Shown: piece after piece, positions 27,182-36,199 of the stretch
How positions within the stretch are numbered: the first letter of the stretch is position 1
Layout: each line of letters starts with the position of its first letter
Virus record (IMG/VR): IMGVR_UViG_3300047278_000016
Location: 1 to 53,051 of that record
Reading direction: 5' to 3' (one strand)
From: a virus
Lineage: Duplodnaviria; Caudoviricetes
Length of the DNA: 53,051 nt
The notes under the pieces: model-generated
Seen by the model: only the letters and a program-made list of their open reading frames with translations
Told to the model about the DNA's origin: nothing
The model's database searches: none
Position numbers and translations under genes: made by a program

Positions 27182-27202
27182 GAGTTCTAACAAATGTTAG
27201 GT

Positions 27203-27394
27203 TTAGTAAGGGCAGGTTTCCAAAGCCCATGCTTGTTGCGTGAATTTATTCATACCCTCGATCATTAACAATAGTTCGTTGTAGTCGGGCTTGGGCATTT
27301 CATAGTTCACAAAAGCTTGAAGCAAGGTTTCATGGTCACATTCTGCATGGTCATACAATCGGTTTAACAAGTCGTTGCGTAGTTCTAACAACAT
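27203..27394 (-). CDS. Hypothetical early protein
   Basis: 63-aa ORF with AAGGGG RBS. Confidence 0.65.
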   Translation of the reverse strand: MLLELRNDLLNRLYDHAECDHETLLQAFVNYEMPKPDYNELLLMIEGMNKFTQQAWALETCPY

Positions 27395-27404
27395 GATTTT
27401 CCCC

Positions 27405-27563
27405 TTAAGTGTTTTTGTATTCTTGAATCAATGTTGAACCTTGCCACAATTCAACTTGCAAAAAGGTTTTGGTCAATGCGTTAAACAAAACAGTCGCATC
27501 CAACTTTGAAAAAATTTGGCAATCATGGGCAAAACCACGATCACGAACAATAATTGAAAACAT
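27405..27563 (-). CDS. Hypothetical early protein (52 aa, absent from ORF track)
   Basis: MFSIIVRDRG...QEYKNT; AAGGGG RBS. Confidence 0.6.
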   Translation of the reverse strand: MFSIIVRDRGFAHDCQIFSKLDATVLFNALTKTFLQVELWQGSTLIQEYKNT

Positions 27564-27593
27564 AATTTTCCCCTTTGAAATCTAACATTTGTT

Positions 27594-27619
27594 AGAACCT
27601 AGGGTTTCCCCTAGGTTCT
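27594..27619 (-). other. Perfect 11-bp hairpin with GAAA (GNRA) loop on the early transcript
   Basis: AGAACCTAGGG-GAAA-CCCTAGGTTCT, no U-tract, abutting a palindrome copy. Confidence 0.7.
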
Positions 27620-27631
27620 GTCGTTTACCGA

Positions 27632-28174
27632 TTACTTGAGGTTTTTGCCCAAGTCCATCACATCACCGCCCATACCTTCAAAGATATCTTTGAGGTTGAC
27701 CAAAAAGTCTTGGGCGTTGCACTCAATGCCATCCTCATCGGCTTTGTAAATGCGGTTGATCATGGTCTTCAACTCAGCAAGGGTTTTGCTATCGATATCA
27801 TTACCGCCCGAAACCCTGCCATTAGGCACATAACCCGAAGCCTCTTTGACACGTTGCCAGTATGTGTCAACTGTTGCGGTATGCTTGCGCTTGCCGTCAG
27901 CATCGGTTGACTTGATGAATTTCGAATCCCTATCCATCATGGCGTTGCAAAACAATGAACGCTCGGCTTTAACACCCTTTTTGTCTTTGCCGACTAGATC
28001 GAACCACTTTGCAATAGTTTTGCCGTTTGTGTCCTTACGATCGAACACATCACAAAGGGCGTTGGCGTAAGTCTGAATTACACCGCCCGTTTTTACCGCT
28101 TCTTCAACCAATGCGTTGCGAGCGATAGCCAAAATGCCAGAGTCAATGGCGGAGGACTGAATGACGTTTGTCAT
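27632..28174 (-). CDS. Hypothetical protein, first gene of the leftward arm
   Basis: 180-aa ORF, AAGG RBS, downstream of the 28249-28276 promoter. Confidence 0.75.
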   Translation of the reverse strand: MTNVIQSSAIDSGILAIARNALVEEAVKTGGVIQTYANALCDVFDRKDTNGKTIAKWFDLVGKDKKGVKAERSLFCNAMMDRDSKFIKSTDADGKRKHTATVDTYWQRVKEASGYVPNGRVSGGNDIDSKTLAELKTMINRIYKADEDGIECNAQDFLVNLKDIFEGMGGDVMDLGKNLK

Positions 28175-28248
28175 AATCTAACCTTTTCTAATTACACTAA
28201 TGAACCCTATTTCTAGGGATGCACCACATTGTGCGGTGCATGTTATCT

Positions 28249-28276
28249 ATTATACAGATTGTGGTACACTTTGCAA
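28249..28276 (-). promoter_or_regulatory. sigma70-like promoter TTGCAA-16-TATAAT
   Basis: Minus strand TTGCAA agtgtaccacaatctg TATAAT. Confidence 0.7.
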
Positions 28277-28521
28277 GCTATAAATAAACAAATTAAATAG
28301 GGGGGTAGACCTAACAAAATGTTAGATATTGGGTTTGAGCAAGGGGGGACACCCCAAAACTAGAGCAAGGGGAGGTGGCACCACATACACACTGTGTTGC
28401 ACTGTCAAAGACCTAATTTAAAAATCCCCCCACCCCCTATATATTTTGTACCACAATGCTACAAAGCTCCCCACAGAAACACCCCCCGATGCAAAATAAA
28501 TCAGGTCAACTCAAAAAATTT

Positions 28522-28550
28522 TTGCAAAAAATTAAAAGTGATGTTACATT
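28522..28550 (+). promoter_or_regulatory. sigma70-like rightward promoter TTGCAA-17-TACATT
   Basis: TTGCAA aaaattaaaagtgaTGt TACATT; predicted +1 near 28557. Confidence 0.6.
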
Positions 28551-28556
28551 TGCGTC

Positions 28557-28628
28557 GTTGGTGTGAGGGCCGGTTTGATTCCGGTGTGATCTAAGTGAAT
28601 AGGTGGGTTCGACTCCCACAACACCAAC
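28557..28628 (+). ncRNA. tRNA-like structured RNA (not a canonical tRNA)
   Basis: Closing stem GTTGGTGT/ACACCAAC, canonical T-arm GTGGG-TTCGACT-CCCAC, second hairpin CCGG-TTTGATT-CCGG; no proper anticodon stem. Confidence 0.5.
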
Positions 28629-28651
28629 ACCCCCAATTTACTTTGGTGCCT

Positions 28652-29257
28652 ATGATTGAAATACAGCCAAGCGCAGACAAGCCTCTGCCATTTGATATGT
28701 CCGATGAGCAACCCAAGACTCACAAGGACGGCATCGCCATCGCTGCAAATACTGCAGACCTTATCGATGTGCTTGGCCCCGGTTTAGATTACGCAGATAA
28801 AGACCTACATAAAACTGCAGAGTTAATCGACGGTACCGATAAACCCGCTACACCTAAGCACATAACAGTACCAGCAGAGGCGAAGGCCGCATCAGTACTA
28901 ATTAAAACGTTTGACTTCCAAGCGTTTGCGGATATACAACAGGCCCGCACATTCATCACAAATAAGTTAGTCAAGATGACTGACTGCGGCGATCCCAAGA
29001 TTGAGATCAAAGCGCTTGAGCTTTTGGGCAAACACTCCGACATTGGCCTCTTCACTGAACGCAGTGAAATTACTGTGCACCACACTACAAGCAAGGGACT
29101 CGAGGACTCTATTAAAGAGCGCATCAAGCGGCTCATGAATGCAGATATAACAGATGTCACTCCTTTGGACGATCTGGATACGCTACTAGGCCCAGTAGAA
29201 GAAACCCGCGAAGACGTACCTGAAGACGTACCTGAATCCAATGAGCCTAACACTTAA
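28652..29257 (+). CDS. terS: Putative terminase small subunit
   Basis: Directly upstream of TerL; IKALELLGKH..IGLF motif; start at MIEIQP. Confidence 0.6.
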   Translation: MIEIQPSADKPLPFDMSDEQPKTHKDGIAIAANTADLIDVLGPGLDYADKDLHKTAELIDGTDKPATPKHITVPAEAKAASVLIKTFDFQAFADIQQARTFITNKLVKMTDCGDPKIEIKALELLGKHSDIGLFTERSEITVHHTTSKGLEDSIKERIKRLMNADITDVTPLDDLDTLLGPVEETREDVPEDVPESNEPNT

Positions 29258-30761
29258 GGACATAGAAGCGGCAATAAGTACCGGCAAGATGTCGGAAGCT
29301 GACCTGCGCGTGCTAGAGGCTTCGCTTGTTAAACTCGAGAAACTCAAAGATCGTGAACTTTGCCAAGAAAAATTTATCAAGTTCGTTGAGCGCGTATGGC
29401 CAACCTTCATATCGGGAGCTCACCACAAGAGAATGGCTGATGCGTTTGAGCGGGTGGCAAATGGTACTTGCAAGCGGCTTATTATTAATATGCCTCCCCG
29501 TCATACTAAGTCTGAGTTTGCTTCTTACCTGCTTCCAGCTTGGTTTTTGGGTAAGTTTCCACATAAAAAAGTTATTCAGGCGTCTAACACGGGTGAATTG
29601 GCGGTAGGTTTTGGTCGAAAAGTGCGAAATTTGGTGGATTCTGAGGTTTATGGCAGTATTTTCCCCAATTTAGCGCTCCAAGCGGACTCAAAAGCAGCCG
29701 GAAGGTGGAATACCAGCAAGGGTGGTGACTATTTTGCGATTGGTGTGGGCGGTACAGTGACCGGTAAGGGCGCAGATGTGCTCATTATTGACGATCCACA
29801 CTCAGAACAAGAGGCTGCAATGGCAGCAAGCAACCCAGAAGTCTACGACAAGGTATACGAGTGGTATACATCTGGCCCTCGTCAGCGTTTACAGCCGGGT
29901 GGAGCTATTGTTGTAGTTATGACACGCTGGGCGCAACGAGATTTGACCGGACAAGTGCTTAAAAGTGCGGCTCAAAGGGCTGGAGAAGAGTGGGAAGTGA
30001 TCGAATTTCCTGCTATTTTGCCTTCTGGAAGACCACTTTGGCCCCAGTTTTGGAGCCTTGAAGAACTCTCAGCACTGCGTGAAGAACTGCCAAATTCCAA
30101 GTGGCAAGCGCAGTATCAGCAGAATCCTGTGGGTAACGAGAGCGCGATTGTTAAGCGCGATTGGTGGAAGTGGTGGGACAAAGACGCTCCGCCTATCTGC
30201 GACTACATCCTCCAGTCGTGGGACACGGCGTTTGAGAAAACCCAGCGTGCTGACTACTCTGCGGGGACAACGTGGGGCATTTTTAATTGTGAAGAGGACA
30301 ACTTTGCGCCCAACATCATTCTTCTCAACACATATAAGAAGCGGGTTGAGTTCCCAGAATTAAAACGTGACGTGCTCAGAGAATATAAAGAGTATGAGCC
30401 TGACTCACTGATCGTGGAGAAGAAGGCGTCTGGTGCGCCGCTTATCTATGATCTAAGAGCGATGGGTATACCGGTGCAGGAGTACACGCCTAGTAAAGGG
30501 CAAGACAAAATTGCCCGTTTGAACTCCGTTAGCGATATCATCGCAAGTGGAAAAGTATGGGTTCCACAGACCCGCTGGGCAGAAGAGTTAGTAGACGAGA
30601 TTGCAGCGTTTCCATCCGGGGAGCATGATGACTTGGTTGACGCAACAACTCTAGCGTTAATGCGCTTTCGTCAGGGTGGGTTCCTGCGCTTACCAAGCGA
30701 TGAGCCTGAAGAAATTCAATGGTTTAAAAGCCACCGCCGCGAGCGGTTTTACACAGTTTAA
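29241..30761 (+). CDS. terL: Terminase large subunit
   Basis: INMPPRHTKS Walker A, LIIDDP Walker B, MTRW, SWDTA, HDDLVDA nuclease motifs. Confidence 0.95.
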   Translation: MSLTLKDIEAAISTGKMSEADLRVLEASLVKLEKLKDRELCQEKFIKFVERVWPTFISGAHHKRMADAFERVANGTCKRLIINMPPRHTKSEFASYLLPAWFLGKFPHKKVIQASNTGELAVGFGRKVRNLVDSEVYGSIFPNLALQADSKAAGRWNTSKGGDYFAIGVGGTVTGKGADVLIIDDPHSEQEAAMAASNPEVYDKVYEWYTSGPRQRLQPGGAIVVVMTRWAQRDLTGQVLKSAAQRAGEEWEVIEFPAILPSGRPLWPQFWSLEELSALREELPNSKWQAQYQQNPVGNESAIVKRDWWKWWDKDAPPICDYILQSWDTAFEKTQRADYSAGTTWGIFNCEEDNFAPNIILLNTYKKRVEFPELKRDVLREYKEYEPDSLIVEKKASGAPLIYDLRAMGIPVQEYTPSKGQDKIARLNSVSDIIASGKVWVPQTRWAEELVDEIAAFPSGEHDDLVDATTLALMRFRQGGFLRLPSDEPEEIQWFKSHRRERFYTV

Positions 30762-30770
30762 GGATTAAAA

Positions 30771-33266
30771 ATGGCAACAAGTTCTATGGACAAAGGTTTG
30801 TACGCAGCCCCTCTCGGTCTTGAAGAAGGTATGGGAATGGCTCCTCTCGAGATTGAGATTGAAGATCCCGAGGGCGTGCGTATTGCTATGGGTGATATTG
30901 AGATTGAACTAGAGCCCGGTAAAGAAGATACTGACGAAGAGTTTGATGCCAATCTTGCTGACTTTATGAGCGACAGTGCGCTCGACTCTCTTGGTGGTGA
31001 GTTGGTATCAGACTTTGACAAAGATATTAACGACCGCAAAGATTGGATCAGAACTTACGTTGAAGGTTTGAAGTTACTGGGCTTAAAGTACGAGGAAAGA
31101 ACAGAGCCATGGAACGGTGCTTGCGGTGTATTCCACCCCATGCTGACTGAGTCTGTTGTGCGCTTTCAGTCCGAGGGAATTATGGAGACGTTCCCCGCCG
31201 CTGGCCCCGTGAAGACGCAGATCTTGGGTAAGGATACTCCTATTAAAGAAGAAGCATCTGCTCGCGTACGGGAAGACATGAACTACCAACTCACTGAGGT
31301 GATGGTTGAGTATCGCCCAGAGCATGAGAAGTTGTTGTGGAATCTGCCTTTATCTGGATCGGCGTTTAAGAAGGTTTACTACGACCCAAGCATTGGACGT
31401 CAAGTTGCGATGTTTATCCCGGCGGAAGACATTGTTGTTCCCTATGGCGCATCTAACTTAGAGCGTGCCGAGCGCGTTACGCACGTGATGCGTAAGACTG
31501 AGAATGAAATTCTTAAACTGCAAGAAGCTGGGTTTTACAGCGACGTAGACTTAGGCGAGCCGTCCGGTGAGCTTGATGATATTGAGAAGCAGAAAGCTGA
31601 AGAGATGGGCATGTCAGCACTGCAGGATGAGAGGTTCCGCATACTTGAGATGCACGTTGACCTTGACTTAGAGGGTTACGAGCACAAGGACAAAGATGGT
31701 GAGATGACGGGTATAGCACTGCCGTATGTTGTGACCGTTGAGAAAGCGACAACTAAGATTCTTGCCATTCGCCGCAATTGGTACGAGGATGATGAGTTGC
31801 ACATTAAGCGCCAGCACTTTGTACATTACCAATATATACCGGGGTTTGGCTTTTATGGATATGGTCTTATTCACCTTATCGGCGGATATGCGAAGAGCGC
31901 GACCATGCTCATCAGGCAGCTCGTTGATGCAGGTACGTTATCTAACTTACCGGGTGGCCTCAAGTCACGGGGCCTGCGAGTCAAGGGCGACGACACGCCT
32001 ATCGCACCGGGAGAGTTTCGTGATGTTGACGTACCAAGCGGATCCATACGAGACAACATTTTGCCACTGCCGTACAAGGAACCCAGTCAGGTTCTCTTTG
32101 CCTTGTTCCAGAACATTGTGCAAGAGGGTAGACAGTTCGCTTCCGCAGGAGACATGAACGTCAGTGACATGAGTGCGCAAGCACCCGTGGGTACAACATT
32201 GGCTATTCTTGAAAGAACACTTAAGGTAATGGGCGCAGTGCAAGCACGTATGCACTACTCAATGCGTCAAGAGTTCCGTCTTTTAAAAGCCATCATCGCT
32301 GACTACACACCAGAAGAGTATGACTACGAGCCAGTCGATGGTTCACGTCGTGCTAAGAAGTCTGACTACGATATGGTCGCTGTCATTCCTGTGAGTGATC
32401 CAAACGCTGCAACGATGGCGCAGAAGATTGTGCAGTATCAAGCCGCACTTCAGCTTGCGCAGACAGCACCACAACTCTATAACTTGCCACTTCTGCACCG
32501 TCAAATGATTGAGGTGTTGGGCATTAAGAATGCAGCTAAGTTAGTACCTATTGAGGACGATGCTAGAGCTACAGACCCAGTGCAAGAGAACCAGAACGTT
32601 CTTACTAACAAACCTGTTAAAGCGTTTATTGAGCAAGATCACCAAGCTCATATTGCAGTGCACACAAGCATGCTTCAGAACCCCAAGATTATGGGCTTAG
32701 TCGGGCAGACCCCACAGGGTCAGGCGCTTACTGCGGCAATGATGGCTCACATCAACGAGCACTTGGCATACGCATATCGTAAAGAAGTTGAGCAGACAGT
32801 TGGCTTGTTGTTACCAACAGAGGAGCAAGAAAAGAACATGGCTCCAGAGGTGGCTGCACAAGTTGCACAACTTGCTGCACAAGCGTCTACGCGTATGACT
32901 CAACAAGCTCAATCAATGGCTGCACAGCAACAAGCTCAACAGCAGGCTCAAGACCCGCTCATCCAAATGCAGCAGCAAGAGTTGCAGATCAAGATGCAAG
33001 AGCTTCAGCTTAAAGTTCAAAAGCAACAGGTTGATGCGGCAACTAAGGCTGACCAGCTACGGATTGAAGAGTCGCGTATTGCGGCCCAAAAAGAGATTGC
33101 GGCTATGCAGGTTGGTGCAAGCGCAGCCGCTGCTAAAGACAAACTTCAGAAGCAACAGCTTATTGAGGGTACCAAAATTGGCGTTGACATCGCCAAGAAC
33201 CGCGCTCAGATGGCCATGCAAATGGCACAAAGAACGTCCCAAAAACCTAAGAGGGAGAGAGATTGA
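30771..33266 (+). CDS. Portal protein
   Basis: 831 aa after TerL; GSAFKKVYYD; Gln-rich coiled-coil C-terminus as in P22-like portals. Confidence 0.85.
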   Translation: MATSSMDKGLYAAPLGLEEGMGMAPLEIEIEDPEGVRIAMGDIEIELEPGKEDTDEEFDANLADFMSDSALDSLGGELVSDFDKDINDRKDWIRTYVEGLKLLGLKYEERTEPWNGACGVFHPMLTESVVRFQSEGIMETFPAAGPVKTQILGKDTPIKEEASARVREDMNYQLTEVMVEYRPEHEKLLWNLPLSGSAFKKVYYDPSIGRQVAMFIPAEDIVVPYGASNLERAERVTHVMRKTENEILKLQEAGFYSDVDLGEPSGELDDIEKQKAEEMGMSALQDERFRILEMHVDLDLEGYEHKDKDGEMTGIALPYVVTVEKATTKILAIRRNWYEDDELHIKRQHFVHYQYIPGFGFYGYGLIHLIGGYAKSATMLIRQLVDAGTLSNLPGGLKSRGLRVKGDDTPIAPGEFRDVDVPSGSIRDNILPLPYKEPSQVLFALFQNIVQEGRQFASAGDMNVSDMSAQAPVGTTLAILERTLKVMGAVQARMHYSMRQEFRLLKAIIADYTPEEYDYEPVDGSRRAKKSDYDMVAVIPVSDPNAATMAQKIVQYQAALQLAQTAPQLYNLPLLHRQMIEVLGIKNAAKLVPIEDDARATDPVQENQNVLTNKPVKAFIEQDHQAHIAVHTSMLQNPKIMGLVGQTPQGQALTAAMMAHINEHLAYAYRKEVEQTVGLLLPTEEQEKNMAPEVAAQVAQLAAQASTRMTQQAQSMAAQQQAQQQAQDPLIQMQQQELQIKMQELQLKVQKQQVDAATKADQLRIEESRIAAQKEIAAMQVGASAAAAKDKLQKQQLIEGTKIGVDIAKNRAQMAMQMAQRTSQKPKRERD

Positions 33267-33460
33267 ACGACTACAAACTTTTGTCGCACATCACTAATGA
33301 GATTGAGCGACTTAGAGCGGAGCAAGCTTTTCATCTTGCCAACGGCAGAGCCGCTGACATAGAAGAGTATCGAAGTATCTGTGGGGTGATCCGAGGTCTT
33401 AACCTAGCAGAAGATGTAATTAACAACCTCGTGCAAAAAATGGAGAAATCTGATGACTGA
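33263..33460 (+). CDS. Hypothetical protein
   Basis: TTG start overlapping the portal stop; EEYRSICGVIRGL. Confidence 0.7.
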   Translation: MNDYKLLSHITNEIERLRAEQAFHLANGRAADIEEYRSICGVIRGLNLAEDVINNLVQKMEKSDD

Positions 33461-33863
33461 ATTTAACCTCGCTGCCGTGGACTTGTCTGGCATTCTTAAT
33501 AAGCCATCCGAAGACAAAGCTAAGCAGTTGCCTGACCCACGTACATTCCATATTTTGTGTGTGGTGCCTGAAGCTATGCAAGAGTATGCAGAGAGTGAAG
33601 TTGGAATTATTAAATCCAGCCAATCAATGCATTTTGAGGAAGTACTCACTCCCGTTCTATTTGTCGTCAAGCTTGGGCCTGACTGTTACAAAGACACCAC
33701 TCGGTTCCCTAGTGGCCCGAGTTGCAAGGAAGGTGATTTCATCATCTGCCGCCCAAATTCAGGCACCCGTCTGAAGATCCATGGCCGTGAATTCCGCATC
33801 CTCAATGATGATTCGGTTGAAGCAGTTGTGGAAGATCCCCGTGGAATTACACGTGCAGCATAA
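33453..33863 (+). CDS. GroES-like co-chaperonin
   Basis: VVKLGPDCY...CKEGDFII...G.EFRILNDDSVEAVV. Confidence 0.75.
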   Translation: MTEFNLAAVDLSGILNKPSEDKAKQLPDPRTFHILCVVPEAMQEYAESEVGIIKSSQSMHFEEVLTPVLFVVKLGPDCYKDTTRFPSGPSCKEGDFIICRPNSGTRLKIHGREFRILNDDSVEAVVEDPRGITRAA

Positions 33864-33874
33864 GGAGCTAACAC

Positions 33875-34876
33875 ATGGCACAAACTGAGTTTAAAGATGA
33901 CTTTAAGTTTCCTCATGAAGCAGAGGAAGAAGCTAAGGGTAAACCCGAAGCAGAAGATGATGGCGGATTTGAAGTAGAAATTGAGGACGACACCCCACCA
34001 GAAGACCGTGGCCGTAGGCCCATGAAGTCGCAGGTAGAAGATGTCACCGAAGATGAACTATCCGAATACGACGAGAAAGTCCAAGCCCGTATTAAGAAAT
34101 TAGGTAAGGGCTACCACGACGAGCGCCGTGCAAAAGAAGAAGCATTGCGCGAACGCGAGGCGGCTGAGAAGATGACCAAGCAATTGTGGGATCAAAACCG
34201 CAAGCTGCAAGAACAAGTATCGCTTGGATCAAGAGCGTACATTGAGCAGTCAAAGAGTTCCGCTGAAATGGAATTTGAGAACGCCAAGAAGAAATACAAA
34301 GAGGCTTATGAGTCCGGAGATTCCGATGCTGTAGTAGACGCACAGGCAGAAGTTTCACGGGCAACACTGAATTTAGACAAAGTTCAGAACATGAGGCCTT
34401 TACAAGTTGAAGAAAATGATGTACAAATACCACAACGTAGTACAAATCAACCTTCTGTTACCCAAAAAGATCAAAGTTGGATGCAGAAAAACACTTGGTT
34501 TGGCACCGATCCTGAAATGACAGCTTCCGCCCTCGGGTTGCATCAGAAGCTGGCTAAGGAACACGGTGCTGGCTTTGTGGGGTCTGATGACTACTACAAA
34601 CGAGTAGACGCTACAATGCGCCGACGATTTCCTGAGTATTATGATGATACTCAGAGCTATGAAGATGACGCCCCTTCTAAAAAGGCATCAGATCCGGCTT
34701 ACGAGGATGAACCTCCGCGCCGTGCAACAAAACCCGCTAATGTTGTGGCTTCGGCCTCACGTAGCACTCCGCCTAATCGTATTAGGCTGAAGGCATCAGA
34801 AGCAGCGATCGCTCGCCGTCTTGGGGTTCCTTTGGAAGAATACGCTAAACAGGTTGCTCAACTTAAAAGAGGTTAA
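33875..34876 (+). CDS. Putative capsid scaffolding protein
   Basis: Acidic coiled coil, upstream of MCP; C-terminal IARRLGVPLEEYAK. Confidence 0.65.
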   Translation: MAQTEFKDDFKFPHEAEEEAKGKPEAEDDGGFEVEIEDDTPPEDRGRRPMKSQVEDVTEDELSEYDEKVQARIKKLGKGYHDERRAKEEALREREAAEKMTKQLWDQNRKLQEQVSLGSRAYIEQSKSSAEMEFENAKKKYKEAYESGDSDAVVDAQAEVSRATLNLDKVQNMRPLQVEENDVQIPQRSTNQPSVTQKDQSWMQKNTWFGTDPEMTASALGLHQKLAKEHGAGFVGSDDYYKRVDATMRRRFPEYYDDTQSYEDDAPSKKASDPAYEDEPPRRATKPANVVASASRSTPPNRIRLKASEAAIARRLGVPLEEYAKQVAQLKRG

Positions 34877-34878
34877 TT

Positions 34879-35352
34879 ATGGATCAAGTTTTATCGTCTG
34901 GAAAGACACAAAATCGCGCTTCACGTGAACTAGACACTCGGGAAACGTTCGCTCGCCCAGCGGCGTGGCGTCCTCCTGAGACATTACCTATGCCTGACGA
35001 CCGTCCCGGTTGGACTCATAGGTATGTGCGTATTAGTACTCTGGGAACTGCCGATCCAAGTAACATTTCTTCGAAGTTACGCGAAGGATACGAACCCTGC
35101 AAAGGTGATGAATATCCCGAGCTCATGATGCACGCTTCCACTGAAGGTCGCTTTAAAGGCAACATTGAAGTGGGCGGTTTATTGCTCTGTCGTATTCCAA
35201 CCGAGTTCATGGCTCAACGAGCCAAGTACTACGAGAACCTAAACAAGTCTCAGGTGGATTCAGTGGACAATAATTTCCTTCGTGAAAATGATCCTAGGAT
35301 GCCTCTTTTCTCAGAGAAGAGAACCAAGGTCACTTTCGGTTCTGGTACTTAA
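34879..35352 (+). CDS. Conserved head-module hypothetical protein
   Basis: 157 aa between scaffold and capsid genes. Confidence 0.7.
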   Translation: MDQVLSSGKTQNRASRELDTRETFARPAAWRPPETLPMPDDRPGWTHRYVRISTLGTADPSNISSKLREGYEPCKGDEYPELMMHASTEGRFKGNIEVGGLLLCRIPTEFMAQRAKYYENLNKSQVDSVDNNFLRENDPRMPLFSEKRTKVTFGSGT

Positions 35353-35367
35353 ATTTAGGAGTCTTAA

Positions 35368-36186
35368 ATGGCATATCCTTCTGTCGACGCGCCATACGGT
35401 TTTAAACCCGTAAGCCTGATTGGTGGTCAAGTGTTTGCTGGATCAACCCGGGATTACCCCATCCAGTATAACTACGGCACCGCTATTTACTATGGTGACT
35501 TTGTCACTACCGCTAGTGGGTACACGCAAATTGCAGTCGTTCCTGTGAGCACAACCAATACAACTACTGGTGTGTTCTTAGGCTGCTATTACACGAACCC
35601 CACTACTAAAAACCGTCAGTACTCACAGTACTACCCCGGTAACGTCACCGCTGGTGACATCACTGCCATCATTGGTGATGATCCTGACCAAGTGTTCCGT
35701 TGCGCTGTTACAGCCGCTGCGGGTTCTACAACCATTGCTTCTGTCTCATCCATTTTGGTTGGTCAGAACATGGCTTGTAACACTTTGACTGGCTCTGCTT
35801 CCACTGGTAACGGTGCTGGTGCAGTTGTTGCCGCAACCGCCAATACATCTGGTGGTGGCTTCCGCGTTTTGGGCTTGGTTCCTGATACAGAAATTAGCTC
35901 TTCAGCTACTTATGTGTCTGGTACTGGCTCCACTTCGTTGGTTGTCTCGGGCCTTACTGTTGGGCAAGTCTTGCCTATCGGTACGGATGTCTTTAATTTG
36001 GTGAATGGTCAATTGCAATTTACTGGTTCGTCTTTAACAGCCGCTACGACTGTTACGACTACTGGTAGCACTACCCTGACAGTTGTGGCTTCTGCTGCTA
36101 CTGTTGCTGGTACGGTTGCATTGGTTCAGTCTCCCGAAGTTCTGGTAAAACTGAACTTTGGTGCCCACCGTTACTACGTTGCTTAA
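35368..36186 (+). CDS. Putative capsid decoration/minor capsid protein
   Basis: DAPYGFKPV, GVFLGC.Y, DDPD motifs; Thr/Gly-rich; just upstream of MCP. Confidence 0.6.
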   Translation: MAYPSVDAPYGFKPVSLIGGQVFAGSTRDYPIQYNYGTAIYYGDFVTTASGYTQIAVVPVSTTNTTTGVFLGCYYTNPTTKNRQYSQYYPGNVTAGDITAIIGDDPDQVFRCAVTAAAGSTTIASVSSILVGQNMACNTLTGSASTGNGAGAVVAATANTSGGGFRVLGLVPDTEISSSATYVSGTGSTSLVVSGLTVGQVLPIGTDVFNLVNGQLQFTGSSLTAATTVTTTGSTTLTVVASAATVAGTVALVQSPEVLVKLNFGAHRYYVA

Positions 36187-36199
36187 GGAGTAACATACC

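Larger units (their letters stand above)
16452..28325. repeat. Dispersed 14-bp palindrome CTAACA-WW-TGTTAG, ~20 copies
   Basis: Copies (0-2 mismatches) start at 16452, 17151, 18626, 19519, 19962, 20887, 22167, 22770, 23872, 24359, 25039, 25585, 25803, 26285, 26488, 26947, 27106, 27187, 27582 and 28311 (15-nt variant). Confidence 0.9.

Noticed and set aside
16452-28325. Palindromes as integron attC sites (…TAAC / GTTRRRY cores)
   Set aside because: The cores are only 4 nt apart, whereas attC sites are much longer folded elements, and no integron integrase is present.
28557-28628. Canonical tRNA gene
   Set aside because: No pairable anticodon stem, atypical D-arm and short length; kept only as tRNA-like.
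29210-29236. 12-bp tandem duplication (GAAGACGTACCT x2) at the end of terS
   Set aside because: In-frame slippage in an acidic, probably disordered tail; no evidence of function.
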